This document shows, piece by piece, positions 59,088-64,000 of a stretch of DNA of 64,000 nt (position 1 is its first letter; each line of letters opens with the position of its first letter). The DNA lies in NCBI GenBank assembly GCA_965279375.1, contig OZ257156.1:1760001-1824000 (forward strand). Direction: 5' to 3'. The notes under the pieces were generated by a model, which was not told the DNA's origin, did no database searches, and saw only the letters and a program-made list of their open reading frames with translations. Origin of the DNA: Gemmatimonas sp. GTDB taxonomy: Bacteria; Gemmatimonadota; Gemmatimonadetes; Gemmatimonadales; Gemmatimonadaceae. Both the position numbers and the translations under genes were made by a program.

Positions 59088-60610
59088 CCACCGCGCGTCC
59101 GACGTTGTCGCGTGCGCTCACGTCAGCACTGTCCGGCGACCTGCGCGTGAACGAGGCACTGTTCAACCTTCCAGAAAGGGCCGTGCAGTTCGGCACCGGT
59201 GCGTTCCTGCGTGGATTTGTCGATGCCTTCATCGATGAGGCGAATCGCCGCGGCCAGTTCCTGGGGCGCATCGTCGCGGTCGGTTCCACGGGTAGCGGTC
59301 GTGATCGCGCGCTCGCCGAGCAGGACGGGCTGTATACGTTGGCCGTGGCCGGTGTGGCTGGCGGGCGTGCCGTGGAGTCGCAGCGCGTGATCAGTGCGGT
59401 CAGTCGCGCCGTGTCGGCGAGTACGCAGTGGGCAGATGTGCTCGCGTGTGCACGTGCCCCGGAGATTCGCGTGATCTTCTCCAATACCACCGAAGCCGGT
59501 ATCGCGCGTGATCTCCGCGACGATGCACCGGAAGCGTTGGCGTTCAGTGGTAGTAGCGCACCGTTCTCGTTTCCCGCCAAACTCACGCGCTTTCTCTATG
59601 AGCGCGCGGTCGCGTTCAACTATGCGAACAGCGCGGGCGTAGTGGTGGTGCCGTGCGAGCTGATCGAAGCCAATGGAGACTTGCTGCAGCAGCTCGTGCG
59701 CGAGCAAGCTGCGCAGTGGGTGCTGGGTGATCGATTCAGTGGGTGGCTGACGGAAGCGGTGCCGTTCTGCAACACGCTTGTGGACCGGATCGTGCCGGGC
59801 GCGCCGTTAGCGACGGAGCGCGAACGGCTTGAGCAATCGCTGGGCTACAGCGATGCGCTGTTGACGACTGCCGAGCCGTACGCGCTGTTTGTGATCGAAG
59901 GGGATGCGGCGCTGGCCGCACGGCTCGGGTTCGTGGACGCCGCGGGTGTGATTCGCGTGGTTCCGGACGTGCGACCATATCGCGAGCGGAAAGTGCGTCT
60001 GCTCAACGGCACACACACCGCGATGGCCGCGATCGGTGTGCTGCATGACATCCCGACCGTGCACGCGGCGATGCAGTCGCCGGCAGTCGCGTCATTGCTG
60101 ACGCAGCTGGTGCGACAGGACCTCGTGCCGTGGCTCGACGTTCCCGATGCGGCGCCCTTTGCCGACGAAGTGCTGGACCGCTTTGCGAATCCGCAGGTGC
60201 AGCATCGGCTGACCGACATCGCGACACAGAGCACGCTCAAGTGGAAGGTGCGTCTGCTGCCGATGCTGTTGCGTCATCTCGAGGCACACAGTGGCAGTCC
60301 TCCCTCGACGCTGATCGCGGCACTGGCGGCGCAGTTGTATCTGTCGCATCCGACCGAGCGCGCGCGACGAGCGGCAGCGGGCGTTGCCGGCTTTCGCGAC
60401 GACAACGGCGATCTGGTGACGGCCCATTGGGAAGCGGCTGGCGTCGATGCGATCGATGGCTTCGTGGAGCGAGCGCTGAGGGACGAGCGCCTCTGGGACG
60501 CCGATCTGCACCACTACGACAGACTCGCTGCAGCGCTTTCCGAGTCGCTGCACCGGTTGCATCATGACGGTCCCTCCTCCCTCCTCTCTCCCGCCTTGGT
60601 CTCGTCATGA
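59084..60610 (+). CDS. uxaB: Tagaturonate reductase (altronate oxidoreductase)
   Basis: QFGTGAFLRGF, SNTTEAG, FPAKL, PCELI, NTLVDRIVPG, KVRLLNGTH, RFANP. Confidence 0.93.
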   Translation: MTTARPTLSRALTSALSGDLRVNEALFNLPERAVQFGTGAFLRGFVDAFIDEANRRGQFLGRIVAVGSTGSGRDRALAEQDGLYTLAVAGVAGGRAVESQRVISAVSRAVSASTQWADVLACARAPEIRVIFSNTTEAGIARDLRDDAPEALAFSGSSAPFSFPAKLTRFLYERAVAFNYANSAGVVVVPCELIEANGDLLQQLVREQAAQWVLGDRFSGWLTEAVPFCNTLVDRIVPGAPLATERERLEQSLGYSDALLTTAEPYALFVIEGDAALAARLGFVDAAGVIRVVPDVRPYRERKVRLLNGTHTAMAAIGVLHDIPTVHAAMQSPAVASLLTQLVRQDLVPWLDVPDAAPFADEVLDRFANPQVQHRLTDIATQSTLKWKVRLLPMLLRHLEAHSGSPPSTLIAALAAQLYLSHPTERARRAAAGVAGFRDDNGDLVTAHWEAAGVDAIDGFVERALRDERLWDADLHHYDRLAAALSESLHRLHHDGPSSLLSPALVSS

Positions 60611-61902
60611 GCGCAGCGATTCCGTCGGCCTCCGCGACGGCAGCTCCCAAGATTGGAAACTACCGCTGGACCATCTGCGCGCTGCTCTTCTTCGCGACCA
60701 CGATCAACTACATCGATCGGCAGGTGCTGGGGATTCTCGCGCCGACGTTGCAGAAAGAGATCGGATGGACTGAGGTGGACTACGGCAACATCATCTCGTG
60801 GTTCACGGCGGCATACGCGTTAGGGTTTCTCGGCGTCGGCCGCATGATGGACAAGCTGGGAGTACGCGCCGGCTTTGCGATCGCGATCGTGACGTGGAGC
60901 CTCGCGGCGATGGCGCATGCGCTGGCGCGCGGCGTGTCCAGCTTCAGCGCGGCGCGCTTTGCGCTCGGGCTTGGCGAGTCGGGCAACTTTCCGGGCGCCA
61001 TCAAGACCGTGGCCGAGTGGTTCCCGGCAAAGGAGCGTGCGTTCGCGGCCGGTGTGTTTAACGCGGGATCGAACATCGGGGCGATTGCCGCGCCAATTCT
61101 CGTCCCGTGGATTGCACTGCACTGGGGTTGGCGCGAGGCGTTCGTCGTGACGGGCGCGCTGGGGTTCATTTGGCTGGCGTTCTGGCTCGCGATTTATCGC
61201 AATCCGCATCAGCATCCCAAGCTCGGCGCCGCGGAGCTCGCGTACATCAACGAAGGGCAAACACCGGTCAGCCGCTCGGTGCCGTGGAGTGAGTTGCTCA
61301 AGCACCGGCAGACATGGGCGTTCGTGACGGGTAAGGTGATGACCGACGGCATCTGGTGGTTCTATCTCTACTGGCTGCCCAAGTTTCTCGACGCGCGATT
61401 TGGCATTCAGCTTGGCAAGGTCGCGTTGCCGCTGATCGCGATCTATCTCGTGGCCGATGTCGGCTCGGTGGGCGGTGGCTGGCTTTCGGGCGCGTTTCTC
61501 AAGCTGGGGTGGTCGCTCAACAAGGCGCGCAAGATCACGATGCTGATCGCGGCGCTGTTGATCGTGCCCACGATGATTGCGCCCACGATGGGCAATCTCT
61601 GGTCGGCCGTGGCCGTCGTGAGCGTGGCCGCCGCGGCGCATCAGTGGTGGTCGGCCAATCTGTTCACGCTCACCAGCGACATGTTTCCGCGACACGCGGT
61701 CGCGTCGGTGGTCGGTGTGGGTGGCTTCTTCGGCGCACTCGCCGGCGTGGGCTTTCAGCGTCTGACGGGCGTCATGCTGCAGAGCAATGGCAACGATTAT
61801 CGCCCGATCTTCGTCATCTGTGGCCTGGCGTACGTGAGCGCGCTGCTCGTCATCCATCTGCTCGTGCCGCGCCTCGAGCCGGCGAAACTGACGGAGCGGT
61901 AG
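60607..61902 (+). CDS. exuT: Hexuronate MFS transporter (ExuT-like)
   Basis: INYIDRQ, GESGNFP, EWFP..ERA, WWFYLYWLP; about 12 TM helices. Confidence 0.85.
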   Translation: MSAAIPSASATAAPKIGNYRWTICALLFFATTINYIDRQVLGILAPTLQKEIGWTEVDYGNIISWFTAAYALGFLGVGRMMDKLGVRAGFAIAIVTWSLAAMAHALARGVSSFSAARFALGLGESGNFPGAIKTVAEWFPAKERAFAAGVFNAGSNIGAIAAPILVPWIALHWGWREAFVVTGALGFIWLAFWLAIYRNPHQHPKLGAAELAYINEGQTPVSRSVPWSELLKHRQTWAFVTGKVMTDGIWWFYLYWLPKFLDARFGIQLGKVALPLIAIYLVADVGSVGGGWLSGAFLKLGWSLNKARKITMLIAALLIVPTMIAPTMGNLWSAVAVVSVAAAAHQWWSANLFTLTSDMFPRHAVASVVGVGGFFGALAGVGFQRLTGVMLQSNGNDYRPIFVICGLAYVSALLVIHLLVPRLEPAKLTER

Positions 61903-61904
61903 TC

Positions 61905-63233
61905 ATGTCGGTATCGCCGCGGACGCGGGGCGCGCTCGGTGCGGGAGTCGTCGCACTCCTCGCGGCGCTTTCATCCGCGCTGGCGATGCCGGTGAGTGTT
62001 GCGGCAGCACAAACAGGCTCCACGGCCGCGCTGCCCGGCGCCAGTAAGGAGACGGACACCAAGTCGTTGCTGGCTTCGGCGCGACTGCGCGCGCTCCCCG
62101 CACCGAAACGCGACGCGTGGCTGGCGTACGTGGAGCGCTCGAAGGCCGCGCAGGCTGCGGATCAGGCGCTGCTGCACGGCGAGCTCCAGTCCATCGGCGC
62201 CACGCGCATGACGCGCGCAGCCTTCCGCGCGGCGTCGTTCTCGTTCGATGCGCGGAGCAAGGCCACGTGGCTCGACAGCGATTCCGCACGAGCGATGATC
62301 ACGGCGATGCTGACCTATCAGACGCCGTCGGGCGGCTGGTCCAAGCACATCGACTTCATGCAAGGGCCGCGCGCTCCGGGGCAGAGCTTCTTCTCGGAGA
62401 ACGAGCAGTGGCAGTACATCGCTACGATCGACAACGACGCGACCACGTCGGAGCTGCGGTTTCTCATGCGCGCGATCGCGGCGCGCGGCAATGCCGCCCA
62501 GTCCGAACGCATGCAGGCGTCGGTCGTGCGTGGTGTGCAGTATCTGCTGAACGCGCAGTTCCCGAATGGCTGCTGGCCGCAGGTGTGGCCGCTGCAGGGC
62601 GGCTATCACGACAACGCCACCTTCAACGACGACGCCATCGCGGAAGTGTTGGGTATCCTCGACGAGATCGCGCGCGGTGAGGCGGCGTTCGTGCCCGACT
62701 CGTTGCGCCAGCGCGCGGGAGCCGCGGTGGCCGCAGGTGCGCGTTGTATTCTCGAGGCGCAGGTCCGCGTGGATGGCACATTGACCGTGTGGGGGCAGCA
62801 GCACGATCCGCTGACGCTCGCGCCCACGAGTGCGCGCAGCTACGAACTCACCTCGCTCACGAGCAAGGAGAGCGCGGGCGTGATGGACTTCCTCATGGCG
62901 CACGACACGCTCGACGCACGCATTCCCACCGCACTGGCGGGGGCTGTGGCGTGGCTCGATGGCACCGCTATCGCCGGCATGCGTAGCGCGGGGAAGAACG
63001 GACTCGTTCCTGATGCATCGGCAGGGCAGCTCTGGGCGCGCATGTACGAGATCGGCACCAATCGCCCGATCTTCTCCAATCGCGATGGCATCAAGCTCTA
63101 CGGATTCAACGCACTGACCGATCGTCGCGAAGGGTACGGTTGGTACTCCGATCTGCCGGCGGCCGCGATCAAGCGCTACAGGCAATGGCTTGCCGCCCGC
63201 GGCAAGGCACCTTCCACTTCGAAGCAACGCTGA
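61905..63233 (+). CDS. pelA: Pectate lyase, PL10 family
   Basis: YQTPSGGWSK, TIDNDAT, GCWPQ, TFNDDA, WGQQH, ARSYE, WARMYE, RREGYGW; signal peptide. Confidence 0.88.
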   Translation: MSVSPRTRGALGAGVVALLAALSSALAMPVSVAAAQTGSTAALPGASKETDTKSLLASARLRALPAPKRDAWLAYVERSKAAQAADQALLHGELQSIGATRMTRAAFRAASFSFDARSKATWLDSDSARAMITAMLTYQTPSGGWSKHIDFMQGPRAPGQSFFSENEQWQYIATIDNDATTSELRFLMRAIAARGNAAQSERMQASVVRGVQYLLNAQFPNGCWPQVWPLQGGYHDNATFNDDAIAEVLGILDEIARGEAAFVPDSLRQRAGAAVAAGARCILEAQVRVDGTLTVWGQQHDPLTLAPTSARSYELTSLTSKESAGVMDFLMAHDTLDARIPTALAGAVAWLDGTAIAGMRSAGKNGLVPDASAGQLWARMYEIGTNRPIFSNRDGIKLYGFNALTDRREGYGWYSDLPAAAIKRYRQWLAARGKAPSTSKQR

Positions 63234-64000
63234 TGTCCGACAAGTCGCTGCAATCGCGTCGGGAGTTTCTCTCGCGCATGGCCGTTGGTGCCATCACGAC
63301 GGCGTCCGGGAGCGCCTGGCTTTCGGCGTGTGCCACATCTACCGCGTCAGCACGAGCAGCGTCCGGCGGCGTGGCGAGTGCTGGGACCGCGACTGGGTCG
63401 GCGGCGGGTTGGTCGGTGGTGCCTGGAATTCTGGCTCGCATCAAGGCACCAGTGATTCCGTCGCGCACCTTCGACGTGACGACCTATGGCGCGGTGGGTG
63501 ACGGGCAAGCCGACTGCAGCGCGGCGATTCGTGCAGCGATTGCAGCCTGTCAGCAGGCAGGTGGCGGTCGCGTGCTCGTACCGGCGGGACGCTATCTCAC
63601 CGGACCGATTCATCTGTCGAGCCGCATGGAGCTGCACGTCGCTCGCAACGCAACACTGCTCTTTCACACCGACCCAGCGCGCTATCTGCCGGCGGTGCTC
63701 ACGCGCTTTGAAGGCGTGGAGCTGTACAACTACTCGCCGCTGATCTACGCGCTCGATGCCGTGGATGTAGCGGTGACGGGTGAAGGAACGCTCGACGGGC
63801 AGGCCGATGCCGACCACTGGTGGCCGTGGAAGGGTGGCAAGGAGTGGGGACGCGGCGACAAGAATCAGCTTGCGGCGCGCGATCGATTGCTGGCGATGAG
63901 CGAGCGGCAGGTACCTGTCGCGCAACGCCAGTTTGGTGAGGGCGACTACCTGCGCTCGTCGTTCGTGCAGATGTATCGATGCCGCAATGTCCTGATCAGT
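63233..64000 (+). CDS. Glycoside hydrolase family 28 (polygalacturonase-like), 3' truncated
   Basis: Read manually (absent from the ORF track): MSDKSLQSRREFL Tat signal, YGAVGDG, GGGRVLVPAGRYLTGPIHL, RFEGVELYNYSPLIYA, GTLDGQ. Confidence 0.9.
   Translation, partial: MSDKSLQSRREFLSRMAVGAITTASGSAWLSACATSTASARAASGGVASAGTATGSAAGWSVVPGILARIKAPVIPSRTFDVTTYGAVGDGQADCSAAIRAAIAACQQAGGGRVLVPAGRYLTGPIHLSSRMELHVARNATLLFHTDPARYLPAVLTRFEGVELYNYSPLIYALDAVDVAVTGEGTLDGQADADHWWPWKGGKEWGRGDKNQLAARDRLLAMSERQVPVAQRQFGEGDYLRSSFVQMYRCRNVLIS

Overview
GC-rich bacterial chromosomal window; the gene content resembles Gemmatimonadota, which is an inference. Positions 2.2-20 kb hold a complete group 2a-type (Huc/cyanobacterial Hup-like) cytoplasmic [NiFe]-hydrogenase locus: nickel permease and hypF on the minus strand, then a DUF1641 protein, hypA, hypB, a GAF-GAF histidine kinase with a NarL-family regulator, small and large subunits, maturation protease, six accessory ORFs (three small unknowns, TPR, NifU-Rieske, NHL) and hypCDE. 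Two observations stand out. The DUF1641 protein is internally duplicated and may be the quinone-channelling membrane anchor of the hydrogenase. A 7-2-7 inverted heptamer shared by the two hydrogenase promoter regions is a candidate operator for the embedded two-component system. The middle of the window holds hydrolases, transporters, regulators with visible operator arrays (PadR, AraC, MarR), a candidate structured RNA, a PEP-CTERM protein, type III glutamine synthetase with a sigma54-like promoter, an orphan MqsA-like gene coupled to a four-gene ABC-2 operon, and tRNA-Cys. The right end is a pectin/hexuronate operon (uxaC-uxaA-uxaB-exuT-PL10 lyase-GH28, truncated) divergent from a ROK regulator. 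No CRISPR array, integrase, transposase or rRNA was seen. All calls come from reading motifs by eye; no searches were run.
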